Origin: Squalus acanthias
Taxonomy: Eukaryota
Reading direction: 5' to 3'
NCBI GenBank assembly: GCA_030390025.1
Contig: CM059432.1
Coordinates: forward strand, 52,702,001 to 52,766,000
Length of the DNA stretch: 64,000 bases
Under the pieces are notes generated by a model. That model was not told the DNA's origin, ran no database searches, and worked only from the letters and a program-made list of their open reading frames with translations. Shown here piece after piece: positions 38,905 through 51,072 of the stretch. How positions within the stretch are numbered: the first letter of the stretch is position 1; every line of letters starts with the position of its first letter. Both the position numbers and the translations under genes were made by a program.

Positions 38905-40671
38905 GAACAGATCTTGGCTCGGAAGATCAGGAAGTAGAATCAGTATGGGTGGAGATGAGAAATAACAAGGGGCAGAAAACACTGCTGGGAGTAGTTTATA
39001 GGCCCCCAAACAGTAGCTATACTGTTGGACAGAGTATTAATCAACAAATAATCGGAGCGTGTAACAAAGGTAATAAAATAATTGTGGGGGACTTTAATCT
39101 TCATATAGACTGGGCAAATCAAATTGGCAAAGATAGTTTGGAGGATGAGTTCATGGGATGCATTCAAGACAGTTTCCTAGAACAATACATCGTGGAACCA
39201 ACCAGGGAACAGGCAATTTTAGATCTTGCAATGTGTAATGAGACAGGGTTAATTAGTAATCGCATAGTAATGGATCCTCAGGGAAGAGTGATCATAATAA
39301 GATAAAATTCCACATTGAGTTTGAGAGTGAAATACTTCAGTCAGAAACTAGAGTCTTAAACTTAAATAAAGCCAATTACATAGGTATGAGGGGCGAGTTA
39401 CCTAAGATAGATTGGGAAATTAGATTAAAAGGTATGACGGTAGATAAGCAGTGGCAAACATTTAAAGAAATATTCCAAAATTCTCAACGAATATATATTC
39501 CACTGAGAAATAAAAACTCCACGGGAAAAGTGATCCATCTGTGGCTAACGAAAGAAGTTAAGGATAGTATTAGATTAAAAGACGAGGCTTATAATCTTGC
39601 GAAGAATAGTAGTAAGCCTGAGGATTGGGAGAGCTTTAGAAACCAGCAAAGGATGACCAAAAAAATTGATAAAAAGGGAGAAAATAGAATGAGAGTAAAC
39701 TAGCAAGAAATATAAAAACAGACTGTAAGAGCTTCTACAAGCATATAAAAAGGAAGAGATTAGCAAAAGTAAGTGTTGGTCCCCTAGAGGCTGAGGCAGG
39801 TGAAATTATAATGGGGAATAAGGGAATGGCTGAGAATTTAAACAAATATTTTGTATCTGTCTTCACAGCAGATGACACAAAATGCATATCAAAAATAATG
39901 GGGAGCTAAGGAGCTAATAAGAGTGAGGAACTTAAAGTAATTATCAGGAGAGAAAAAGTTGAGAAACTAATTGGACTAAAAGCCGACAAATCCCCTGGAC
40001 CTGATGGCATACATCCTAGGGTTCTAAATGAGGTGGCTGCAGAGATAGTGGATGCATTGGTTGTGATCTTCCAAAATTCCCTAAATTCTAGAACGGTCCC
40101 AGCGGATTGAAAGGTAGCAAATGTAACCCCGCTATTCAAGAAAGGAGGGAGAGAGAAAACTAGACATCAGTCATTGGGAAAATGCTGGAATCCATTATTA
40201 AGGAAGTGGTAACAGAGCACTTTAGAAAATCATAATATGATTAGGCAGAGTCAACATGGTTTTATGAAAGGGAAATTGTGTTTAACAAATTTATGAGAGT
40301 TTTTTGAGGATGTAACTCACAGGATAGATAAAGGGGAAACCAGTGGATGTAGTATATTTGGATTTCCAAAAGGCATTCGATAAGGTGCCACATAAAAAGT
40401 TGCTACACCAGATAAGGGCTCATGGGGTTGGGGGTAATATATTAGTATGGATAGAGGATTGGTTAACAGATAGAAAAGAGAGAGTAGGGATAAACTGGTC
40501 ATTTTCCGGTTGGCAGGCTATAACTAGTGGGGTGCTGCAAGGATCAGTGCTTGGGCCTCAATTATTTACAATCTATATTAATGACTTAGCTGAAGGGACC
40601 GAGTGCAAAGTATCCAAGTTTGCTGACAATACAAAGCTAAGTGGGAAAGTAAGCTGTGAGGAGGACACAAA
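38905..40671 (+). mobile_element. CR1 LINE ORF2 fragment (EN and RT), truncated at a Harbinger insertion
   Basis: ESVWVEMRN...[39 protein letters not shown]. Ends at GAGGACACAAA. Confidence 0.93.
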
Positions 40672-41040
40672 GGGCTGGATTTTACTCACGGAGACGAGTT
40701 GGGGGCGGGACTGCTGCCTCCGGGTTCTAGTCCCGCCCCCAGCGATGTCTGACGCACAGACGCTATTTTCCCCTGATTGGCCTTGTTAAGCCCGCCCTGC
40801 AGGCTTGCTGGCCAATTAAGGGAAAGCCGGTGTCAGATGACATCAGTTGATGACGCTTCATCTGCCGGTTTTCTTAAAGACACATGAACCATAAATTTTT
40901 GACAGATGAGGTGCTGTCAAACACTGACAATCACTATACAAAGGTGAGCCCTTGCACCCAGGCTGTCCAATGACTCTCTCCTTAGGATGAAACAGATGGC
41001 AGCTGCAGGTGAGTGTACAGAAGCGATCTGTCACTTCTCC
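40672..41040 (+). mobile_element. Harbinger left-end fragment
   Basis: Begins GGGCTGGATTTT. Reverse-complement homology to 63370-63647. Confidence 0.75.
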
Positions 41041-41893
41041 ACCAGTACTGCACTGAAGAGTCAGTCTAGATTTTGTACTTAAGTCTCTGGAGTGGGGCTT
41101 GATCCCAGGACCTCTTAACTCAGAGGCAAGTACTACCACTGAGCCAAGGTTGACATCATTGCAACATAAATTATAGATAAGAAAGGCCTTCGGCTCTTCC
41201 CAGTTCAATGAGACAGAAAACCATGTAATTCCCTATCACTTTTATGGGTTTTCTTATAATTCCACCATGGGAGAGCCTTGTGTAATGTATGTTACAAATG
41301 TTACTACTGAGTTAATGAGTTAAATGCACAAGACAACAAAGCTAGCACATTTAAATTAGATTTCAGATGGGGCATTTGAACCAGCATGCTGGAGACAATG
41401 AAAGATAGTTTGACATTCCATTGATCATTCACACTAAGTGCTGTTGCAACAACTCTGTTCAGTCAAACTCAGCAGAGGTCAGTGTTAAGTCAGGTTGGTG
41501 GATTCTGCTCGGGGGTGGGGGAAGAGACTCTGTTTAACTAAAAGTTGACATTAGAGTCAGGCTTTAAAAAGAAACAGAGAGTGTTATGAAAGCTAATGGT
41601 GGGCTGGGAGAAGAATGGAATACAGAATACAGAAAAGAGGACTTAGCAAATTAGCTTTAGGTCAAGTGGAAACCCACTGCAGTGGGATAGCATAGAGTGC
41701 ACATCATTTTTACATTATTATGACAGAGTCTGAAATCACAAAACGTGACAACCCCATCAAAACATTTAACCATTTCTCAAACAATTCCAGAATTTTTGCC
41801 TTCACTATCAGGAAAGTCCATTCTGCATGTTCGGTTATGGATAGTTTATGTTGTGCAGAACCACTTCAAAAAGTGATGTGTGTGTATGTGTCA

Positions 41894-42338
41894 GAACATA
41901 AGAACATAAGAAATAGGAGCAGGAGTAGGCCATTCAGCCCCTCGAGTTTGCTCCGCCATTCAATAAGATCATGGCTGATCTGATCTTGGCCTCAACTCCA
42001 CTTTCCTGCCTGTTCCCCATAACCCTTGACTCCCCTGTAGCTCAAATATCTATCTATCTCAGCCTTGAATATATTCACTGACTCAGCCAACACAGCTCTC
42101 TGGGGTAGAGAATTCCAAAGATTCACGACCCTCTGAGAGAAGAAATTCCTCCTCATCTCCGTCTTAAATGGGCGACCCCTTATCTGAAACTATGCCCCCT
42201 AGTTCTAGATTCCCCTACGAGGGAAACATCCTCTCAGCATCTACCCTGTCAAGCCCCCTCAGAATCTTATATGTTTCAATAAGATCACCTCTCATTCTTC
42301 TAAACTCCAATGAGTATAGGCCCAACCTGCTCAACCTG
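41894..42338 (-). mobile_element. CR1 3' end (probably the same copy as 46153-48120)
   Basis: RLSRLGLYSLEFRRMRGDLIETYKIL, and an (AGAACATA)n tail. Confidence 0.88.
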
Positions 42339-42570
42339 GTAAGGATGGCTACCTCTCTGGAAAGGATGGCTACGGTAGAGGAGAGGATGGCTACGGCCAT
42401 GGAGGAAATAAGTCACCAGAGTCTGGAAAACATGGTGAATGTTCAGAATAGACTGACATCTCTGGAGGAGCGATGGGCAGCTATTGAGCAGAGAACCCAG
42501 AGCTTCATGGAAGTCCTTTTGAGTAGGACTGCCAGTGCAGAGACGGGTCCTCATGGCCCCCGTGATGTGC

Positions 42571-43788
42571 TCTTCTCTCTCTCTCTTAGGCAGTCCCTCG
42601 GAACCGAGGATGACTTGCTTCCACGCTAAAAATTAGTTCTCAGGTGACTGATGAGTCCAATGCGGGACCTACAGTCTGTGTCACAGGTGGGGCAGACGGT
42701 GGTTGAAGGGGCGGCTGGGTGGGGTGCTTGGGTTGACGTGCGCTCCTTCCGCTGTTTGCGCTTGGCTTCCGCTTGCTCCCAGCGAAGAGACTCGAGGTGT
42801 TCGGCGCCTTCCCGGATGCTTCTCCTCCACTTTGTACGGTCTTGGGCCAGGGATTCCCAGGTGGCGGTGGGGATGTTGCACTTTTTCAAGGAGGCTTTGA
42901 GGGTGTCCTTGAAGCGTTTCCTCTGCTTACCTGGGGTTCTCTTGCGTGTCGGAGCTCTGAGTAGAGCTTGTTTTGGGAGTCTCGTATCGGGCATGCAGAC
43001 GATGTGGCCCGTCCATCGGAGCTGATCGAGCGTGGTCAAAGCTTCGATGCTGGGGATGTTGGCCTGAGCGAGAACACTGACATTGGTGCGCCTATCCTGC
43101 CAATGGATTTGCAGGATCTTGCGGAGGCAGCGTTGGTGGTACCTCTCCAGTGCTTTGAGGTGCCTGTTGTACATGGTCCATGTCTCTGAAGCATACAGGA
43201 GGGCGGGTATCACTACTGCTCTGTAGACCATTAGCTTGGTGATGGGTTTGAGGTCCTGGTCTTCAAACACTCTCTTCCTCAGGCGACCGAAGGCTACACT
43301 GGCACACTGAAGGCGGTGTTGGACTTCGTCATCGAAGTCTGCCCTTGTTGGCAGTAGGCTCCCGAGGTATGGAAAGTGGTCCACGTTGTCCAAGGCCTCG
43401 TTGTGGATTTTGATAATTGGGGAGCAGTACTGTGTGGTGGGGCAGGTTGGTAGAGGACCTTTGTCTTATCGATGTTTAGTGTAAGGCCCATGCTCTCGTG
43501 CGCTTCGGTTAAGGTGTTGACGATGGTTTGGAATTCGACCTCCAAGTGTGCGCAGACGCAAGCGTCGTCTGCATACTGTAATTCGATGACAGAAGATGGG
43601 ACGACCTTGGATCTGGACTGGAGGCGACGGAGGTTGAACAGTTTGCCGTTTGTTCTGTAGATTAGTTCCACTCCAGCGGGGAGCTTACTGAGGGTGAGAT
43701 GGAGCATTGCAGCCAGGAAGATCGAGAAGAGCGTTGGTGCAATGATACAGCCTTGCTTGACCCCAGTCCGTACGTGAATTGGGTCTCC
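42571..43788 (-). mobile_element. 5'-truncated RTE-clade LINE nested in Harbinger
   Basis: GVKQGCIIAPTLF, QYADD, YLGS, C-terminal CPTC...HLRT. (GA)n tail. TSD TGATGTGC at 42563-42570 and 43789-43796. Confidence 0.9.
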
Positions 43789-44433
43789 TGATGTGCAGCA
43801 AGGTGCTGTCAAGCCACTTGCTTGCACTGAAGCGGGGCTGACCCATGAGAGGGATGTTGATGGCAGACAAGAAGGAAGTGGGGGCTCCTCTCCAAGCGCT
43901 CACACTCCCATACCACTGAGTCACCCTTGGTCAGAGCCACACCAGAGTCCTCAACCAACTGAGATGGGCATCTCAGCCCCTGCACAGACGCAGGAGGAGC
44001 AGACTGTTGCTGAGCCCTCACAGGCTCGCAAACCCAGAGGAAGCCTGCCAAAGGTGTCGAAGCAGGAGCAGCATGAAAGTGAGCAAGGTGCCTCCACATC
44101 TGCTGAAGCCACAGGGGAAGCACCACGTAGAAGCACGTGTAAGAGGAACATAAAGCACAATTAGTCACAAGGCTAGTCACTTGGTGTTCTGTTCTGTGCT
44201 GTTGTATATAATTTTTGACATTGTCATCCTTTTGTGAATGGATTAAACAGAAGTGATGGCAAACAGTTGAAGTTCTGGCCTATGTGATCTCGGAACTGGA
44301 AATTCCACGTTGAGGGCTCAGGGCGACTTGCATTTGTAATGATGGTGCTCAGAGTGATAGGAACCCACAGGTTCTTGCCCATTGTCTATGGTGTGATAAG
44401 AAGGTGCCAGCCACATGTGTTTGATTCGTCTAC

Positions 44434-45627
44434 CTAAGCGAATCTGACAAATATTAGTGCATCCCTTGCATCCTGGGCAGCAATGTGCTCGTGTGCTGCT
44501 GCAGCTGGCTCATGCGCCTCCGCAAGGTCTTCGTCCTCCTCCTCCTCCTCTTCCTCCTCCTCCTCCTCATCTGAGGAGGCTATGCGCTGAGCCACTTGTT
44601 CCTCAGGCAGCTGCAAGCCACGATGCTGTGCGATGTTGTGTAGTGCACAGCAGACCACCACGATTCTGGAGACCCTGGCTACTGAATACTGTAGGGCTCC
44701 ACCTGATCTGTCAAGGCATCTGAATCGCATCTTCAGCAAGCTGGCATTGTAGCGCTCCTCAGCTTCGTTCGATGGCCTCCTCAACGACGTCATCAGCCAC
44801 ATCTTCAGGGGATAGCCCTTGTCTCCAAGTAGCCACCCGGAAAGTTGGTTTGGCGGATTGAAGAGCGGAGGCACACTAGACTGCCGCAGGATGAACGAAT
44901 CATGGCAACTGCCAGGGTACGTTGCGCAAACATGCAAAATGTCCTTCCTGTGGTTACACACCAGCTGCACGTTGAGGGAGTGGAAGCCCGTGCAGTTGAC
45001 AAAAACAGCTGGGTTGTGATAGGGAGCCCTAAGGGCCACATGTGTGCACTCTACGGCGCCCTGCACCCTTGGCAAGCCTGCCATATTTGCAAAGCCAACC
45101 GCACGCATGGTTACACTTGCTTGATCCATCGAGAAGTGTATGTAATTGTGCGCCTTGGCAAAGAGGGCATCGGTTACCTGCGTGATGCAAGTGTGTGCGG
45201 CCGACTGGGAGATGCCACTGATGTCTGCTGATGATCCCTGGAAGGGCCCTGAAGCAAAAAAATTGAGGGCGGTGGTGACTTTGACAGCCACTGGTAAGGG
45301 GTGTCCACCCGCTCCTCTGGGCTCCAGGTGTTGGTGCAGCATTGCGCAGATGTCACCGACTACCTCTCGCGAAAGTCTCAGCCTCCTTTGGCACTGCTGC
45401 TCAGTCATGTTGAGGAAGCTCATCCTCGGCCTGTAAACCCTGTGTTGGGGGTATCTCCTGCGGCGACATGCAGCCCTGCGCTGACTCCTTCTGCCCTGTG
45501 CACCATCAGGTGGGTGAGCAGGAGGTTGGCGCTCCTGCTGTTGGTGCTGCTGTTGTTCCTGGTTCTGCTGCGGCTGCTCTTCCTCCGAATCTGAAGACCA
45601 GGGTGAAAGGAAATAAATGGTTCCCAT
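44434..45627 (-). pseudogene. Harbinger (HARBI1-like) DDE transposase ORF, 397 aa, catalytically damaged
   Basis: [71 protein letters not shown]. Confidence 0.85.
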
Positions 45628-46152
45628 GCTGCTGGTAGATATCTCTGTTGAAGAAGCGCTCAGTCAATGTGGGGAGAGGGTTTTCCCAGGAGGTCACAAT
45701 GGAGATGGATCTCAGCTTCACCACTTCCAAGATCAGTAAACCTGCAAAAAGTTTTCCAAGACCTGAAAAATGAAAGTTCTGCCATCTGCAACTGATCCTT
45801 GTTGAGAGCTCCGTTTTTATGCTGGAGCTGCAGCTGTCAAGAAGGCAACCACTTGTGAACCCGACACAATTAGCTGGCGTGGTTGGGGAACGGCATGGAA
45901 CATGCAGAAAAAGTGGTAAAATGTAAAACGGCTGTCAAAATGGCATTATCCAGGCAGTTAACAAGCAGTTAACTGCCTTAAGTGCCTATCCCGCTGCTTG
46001 GTGGCAGGACCGAACGGGAGTCTGGAAGCCTGCCTTTGGCAAAGTTGCGTAGAGGCGGGTTGACAGCGGGATCGGAACACACCGTCATGTTTTGCTATTT
46101 TCCCACCTGACTCGCCTGCAAACCCGCCCCGAGCACCGGCAAAATCGCGGCC

Positions 46153-48120
46153 TTTGTGTCCTCTTCACAACTTGCTTTCCCACCTATCTTTGTATCATCC
46201 ACAAGTACACTCGCTTCCTTCATCCAAGTCATTAATATAGATTGTAAATAGTTGAAGCCCCAGCACTGATCCCTGTGGCACCCCTGCTAGTTATAGTTTG
46301 CCAACCTAAAAATGACCCATTTATCCCAACTCTCTGTTTTCTGTTAGTTAGCCAATCCTCTATCCATGCTAATATATTACCCCCAACACCGTGAACTCTT
46401 ATCTTGTGCAGTAACCTTTTATGTGGCACCTTATTGAATGCCTTTTGGAAATCCAAATACACTACATCTACTGTTCCCCTTGATCCACCCTGCTCGTTAC
46501 ATCCTCTAAGAACTCTAATAAATTTCTCAAACACGATTTCCCTTTCATAAAACCATGTTGACTCTGCTTGATTGTATTATGATTTTCTAAACGTCCTGCT
46601 ACTACTTCCTTAATAATGTACTCCAGCATTTTCCCAATGATAGATGTTAGGCTAACCAGCCTATAGTTTCCTGCTTTCTGTCTCCCTCCTTTCTTGAATA
46701 GGGCCATTACATTTGCAGTTTTCCAATCTGCTGGGACCTTTCCAGAATCTAGAGAATTTTGGAAGATCACAACCAATGCATCCACTATCTCTGCAGCCAC
46801 CTCTTTTAAGACCCTAGGATACAGGCCATCAAGTCCAAGGGACTTGTCAGCCTTTAGTCCCATTAGTTTGCCTCGTACATTTTCTCTAGTGATAGTGATT
46901 GTTTTAAGTTCCTCCCTACCTTTTGCCCCTTGATTATCTACTATTATTGGGATACTTTAATGTCTTCTACTGTGAAGACAGATATAAAATATTTGTTCAA
47001 AGTCTCTGCCATTTCCTTGTTTCCCATTATTAATTCCCCAGTCTCATCCTCTAAGGGACCAACGGTTACTTTAGCTACTCTGTTCCTTTTTATATACTTG
47101 TAGAAGCTCTTACTGTTTGTTTTTACATTTCTTGCTAGTTTACTCTCATAATCTATTTTCTCCCTCTTTATAATTTTTTTAGTCATCCTTTGCTGGTTTC
47201 TAAAAAATTCCCAATCTTCTGGCCTACCACTAATCTTCGCAACATTGTATGCCTTTTCTTTCAATTTGATACCATCCTTAACTTCCTTAGTTAGCCACGG
47301 ATGGTTCATCCTTCTCATAGAGTCTTTCTTTCTTACTGAATAAACCTTTGCTGAGAGTTATGAAATAGCTCCTTAAATGTCTGCCACTGCTTATCTACCG
47401 TCTTACCATTTAATCTATTTTCCCAGTCCACTTTAGCCAACTCTGTCTTCATACCTTTGTAATTGCTTTTATTTAAGTTGCAGACACTAGTTTCAGACCC
47501 AAGTTTCTCACCCTCAAACTGAATGTGAAATTCTATCATGTTATGATCACTCTTCCCTGGAGGATCCTTTACTATGAGATCATTAATTAACCCTGTCTCA
47601 TTACACATTACCAGATCTAAAATAGCCTGTTCCTGGTCGGTTCCACAAATTATTGTTCTATGAAACCATCCCGAATACACTCTATGAACTCATCCTCAAG
47701 GCTACCTTGCCTTGTCCAATCGATATGAAGATTAAAATCGCCCATGATTATTGCAGTAGCTTTCTTACAAGCCCCCATGATTTCTTGATTTATACTTTGT
47801 CCTACAGTGTAGCTACTGTTAGGGGGCCTATAGATTACTCCCACCAGTGACTTCTTTCCCTTTCTATTTCTTATCTCCACCCAAACTGATTCTACATCTT
47901 GATCTTCCAAGCCAAGATCATTTCTCACTACTGTACTGATCTGATCCTTTATTAACAGAGTTATCCCACCAACTTTTCCTTTCTGCCTATCCTTCTGAAA
48001 TGTCAAATACCCCTGAATATTCAGTTCCCAGCCTTGGTCACCTTGCAACCACGTCTCTGTAATGGCTATCAGATCATACCCATTTATTTCTATTTGTGCC
48101 GTCAATTCATCTATCTTGTT
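46153..48120 (-). mobile_element. CR1 LINE ORF2 fragment (EN and RT), truncated at a Harbinger insertion
   Basis: [47 protein letters not shown]. Ends at GAGGACACAAA on the minus strand. Confidence 0.93.
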
Positions 48121-48579
48121 CCCAGCACTAGTGGAATTTGTTCATTTATATTGTGGAATGGGTTTCAGAGCATCAGCAGAAACACAAAAACAGCTCTTGA
48201 TTAAAAGTGAAGATCACTACTTTAAGTTTCTGGTTACAACCATTTCCAGATGTTGTGGGAAGGTCAGTAGCCACTGGTGCAGTATCTTTGGTTAAGCCTT
48301 TCTTGAATTGACACTCTGCACCATTAGAGTCACTAGCATCGTCTGATTTCTGTATGACTCTGAAGTCAGGACTGCTCCCAGTGTCAGTTCTGTACTATAA
48401 AGGCACAAAATTTAAAGAGTTCAACTGTTCAGCAAACAGTTTATTTTGTTCAAAACTTTAAGAATAGCAGCATATCTTACAGTGAACTAGTATGGCAATG
48501 AAGAAAGATTATCCTTCAAAATTACAACACTGTAATGTGTTGAGAGCATATTGAAGTATATTATAATAACTTTACTCAC

Positions 48580-48780
48580 CAGATACTCCAGTGCCTCCAT
48601 TCAGAGATGGTGTACTTTGTTGTTCTTTTGTTCCATGAGGACTATTAACATCTGATGTATCCATTGATCCCGGTGGACCTGCATAACCTACCTCCTTAAA
48701 GACACCATGGCGTGTTCCTGTGAGGGTTGGCAGTCTTGGTAGTTTGGGTGGTCCTGGAGGTCCTGCTTGGCCTCTTTCGA
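48580..48780 (-). CDS. EMILIN2: EMILIN-2 collagen-like exon (ERGQAGPPGPPKLPRLPTLTGTRHGVFKEVGYAGPPGSMDTS...GTGVS)
   Basis: ttttaattAG acceptor and GTGAGT donor, 201 nt, phase 1-1. ExGQAGPP and GxAGxPG resemble the EMILIN2 interrupted collagen segment. The large coiled-coil exon is not in the window. Confidence 0.85.
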
Positions 48781-51072
48781 CTAATTAAAAGAATCAGAAT
48801 CTCCAGTCATTTCAGATTGTGGTAAAATGATGACTTTCACTGCTTGCATTAGAAATATGTTTACTTCCCCACTGGGAAAATTCACTGCATAATGTGAAAA
48901 TGAGCCATACAGATTGGAAGGTTCCAGGTTCAATCCCTGGTCTGTTCCGAATCAGCTGATCTCATCCAGGGCTGAAAAGTGCATGTGTGTGGATGTTAGA
49001 TGACAACAGATTGGCTATGATGACCTTTACAGTCAAATAGTCTGTTGAAAAATCAGGAATGGGATTAGCTATGATGTCCCCCATGGCCAAAGAGCTTGCT
49101 CTCAGAGTCTCCGAGTTTCATAAGTGAAGAATTGCTACTCGTGAGGTACCAGACAGCAGCCAACACAAATAGATTGTACAACAGCATGAATCAGTACCAT
49201 CAGGAGAAAAAGAAGAGACTAATGGAAGGAAAATAACATTAAAAAATGGCTTTGGCTTCACAAAGAGGGACTTTATCTGAAACTGTAACATTCACACATC
49301 TAGAATAGGTTGCTTTAAATCAATCAGTCCCATACATTGAGAACCTGCAGCTTAGTTCATTAAGAATTATACTATTAAGCTCAATTGACTAAAACAGTTT
49401 AGTACTCAATAAATCCCACTGAGGATAGTAATCCCACCAGAAGAAATTTGATGGTGGGAATTTCCTATGCGTTGGCTAATTCCCAACAAAATATCATATT
49501 TCACACAAATTCAGCACATCTTATCAGCAGGCTAGGAAGTGAAAGGAACATGCAACACTTACAATGAAGTGATTCACTACAATGACTAAAACACTCCAAA
49601 GTACTTCATTTAACATTTGTTCCATGATTTTATCTAATGCCGTGAGTGAATCTTGGATAATAAGTTGATATAGCCTGCCTTCCAACAGAACCAAATGGCA
49701 GCATGTACTCGCAATTGCACTCAATTATATTTGTTGCTGTTGTCACTGCTGCCTCCAGAGGAGCAGGTAAATATTACCCTGGGAGGTGGTCATTGTACCT
49801 CTGCCTCAATTAAATTCCAGCACTGCCATTGAAGTTGTGGCTGCTGTTGATGCCACAACTCCAGCCCTATTTTATGGAATTGCGTATGAATTCCAGAGTT
49901 CTTGGCTGGATGAGCAGGTGAAGCGTCTTATTAGCGGGGAAGATTTAGATTCCTGACCCTCGAGGATATACGTACACCTCGCACTAACTAATTCACAAGC
50001 AGCGCTAAAGAAGTACTGCATTAGAAGCTGCAGTGAATTAGACAGTTACATAATTTGAGAAGGAGGCCATAATGGTGAGCCACCTGGGAAGTACAACTGA
50101 GAGAAAATGGTGAGGGAGGATGATGTTTGCTATCTCAGGAGACTCAATACAACATCATATAAGATTCCAAGCGTGGGAAAGTCATCAACTCCAAACTATT
50201 AGATACAATGGGGGAGGGGGCAACCAAAAAACAATTGGGAGTAATTTAGTGCCTAGCCTAGGGTCAAAAACTAATAAACATAGTTGTTGGATCAAGCTGG
50301 TCATAATCCAGCCTATATCAACAACCACAGCTGCATTACCAAATGTATTGTTATCTCCCAGTGAGTAAATTACTCCAAGGAAACCATATACTTAATACTG
50401 TAGTTAGGTTTAGAAGCCAGCTAGCTGTGCAAAGCTCCTGGAGCCAGAATCTGCAGACAGACTTTGCCCTTTTACCTCAATTTAACACAGATTTCCACAC
50501 TGGCTTCTTCTTCAGATGCAGTAGTCTTACTATGAATAGAGATTTCCTAATGAACAACCAAAAACTGGCTAGAATATTAAATCTTCAAATAACACTGCTG
50601 GTGCGAGCTAATATTCAGGTTAAGTGTTGCCAGATGGACTTTCTAAACTCTAAAAAGAAAAGTTCAAGTGTAATTTGGGGATTAGTTAAGAAAAATGTTA
50701 AGACTATTTAGACAATTGGTTTTTAATGATTAGTTGTTTATATTCCAACAATATAAATAGTCCTGAATGCTACATTTAACCAAGTTCCATTATTTTACTT
50801 GTTACAATGAGAAATTCCTGAATCATTATACTGGCAGTCAGAAAGTGCATTGCACCCAAAATTATGATGAAATTCTACATCCCAAATCTATCTCAAATTC
50901 AACGACATCCAGCTCGAAGTTTCACAACAGAATCAATTCAGAGGCAATGGAGAACAAATGATCAGTTCATCTACCCAGCTCTGCCAGATGAGAAAAAATA
51001 ATTTGTCAATTTGTTCTGATAGTGTACAGTGTATGAACATCTAATATGATGTGGACATGCACATTGTATACA

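Larger units (their letters stand above)
42339..46152. mobile_element. PIF/Harbinger transposon, right portion (remnant of second gene on +, transposase on -)
   Basis: HARBI1-like ORF. Right end AAAATCGCGGCC with a subterminal region matching 62804-62870. Confidence 0.85.

Noticed and set aside
44434..45627. Domesticated host HARBI1 gene
   Set aside because: It sits within TIR-bounded element sequence inserted in a CR1, and its catalytic residues are altered.
48240..48394. Possible extra EMILIN2 exon after a tttatAG acceptor (open frame YRTDTGSSPDFRVIQK...)
   Set aside because: The open frame is phase 0 while the upstream exon ends in phase 1. The phase-1 readings hit stops, and the donor is weak.
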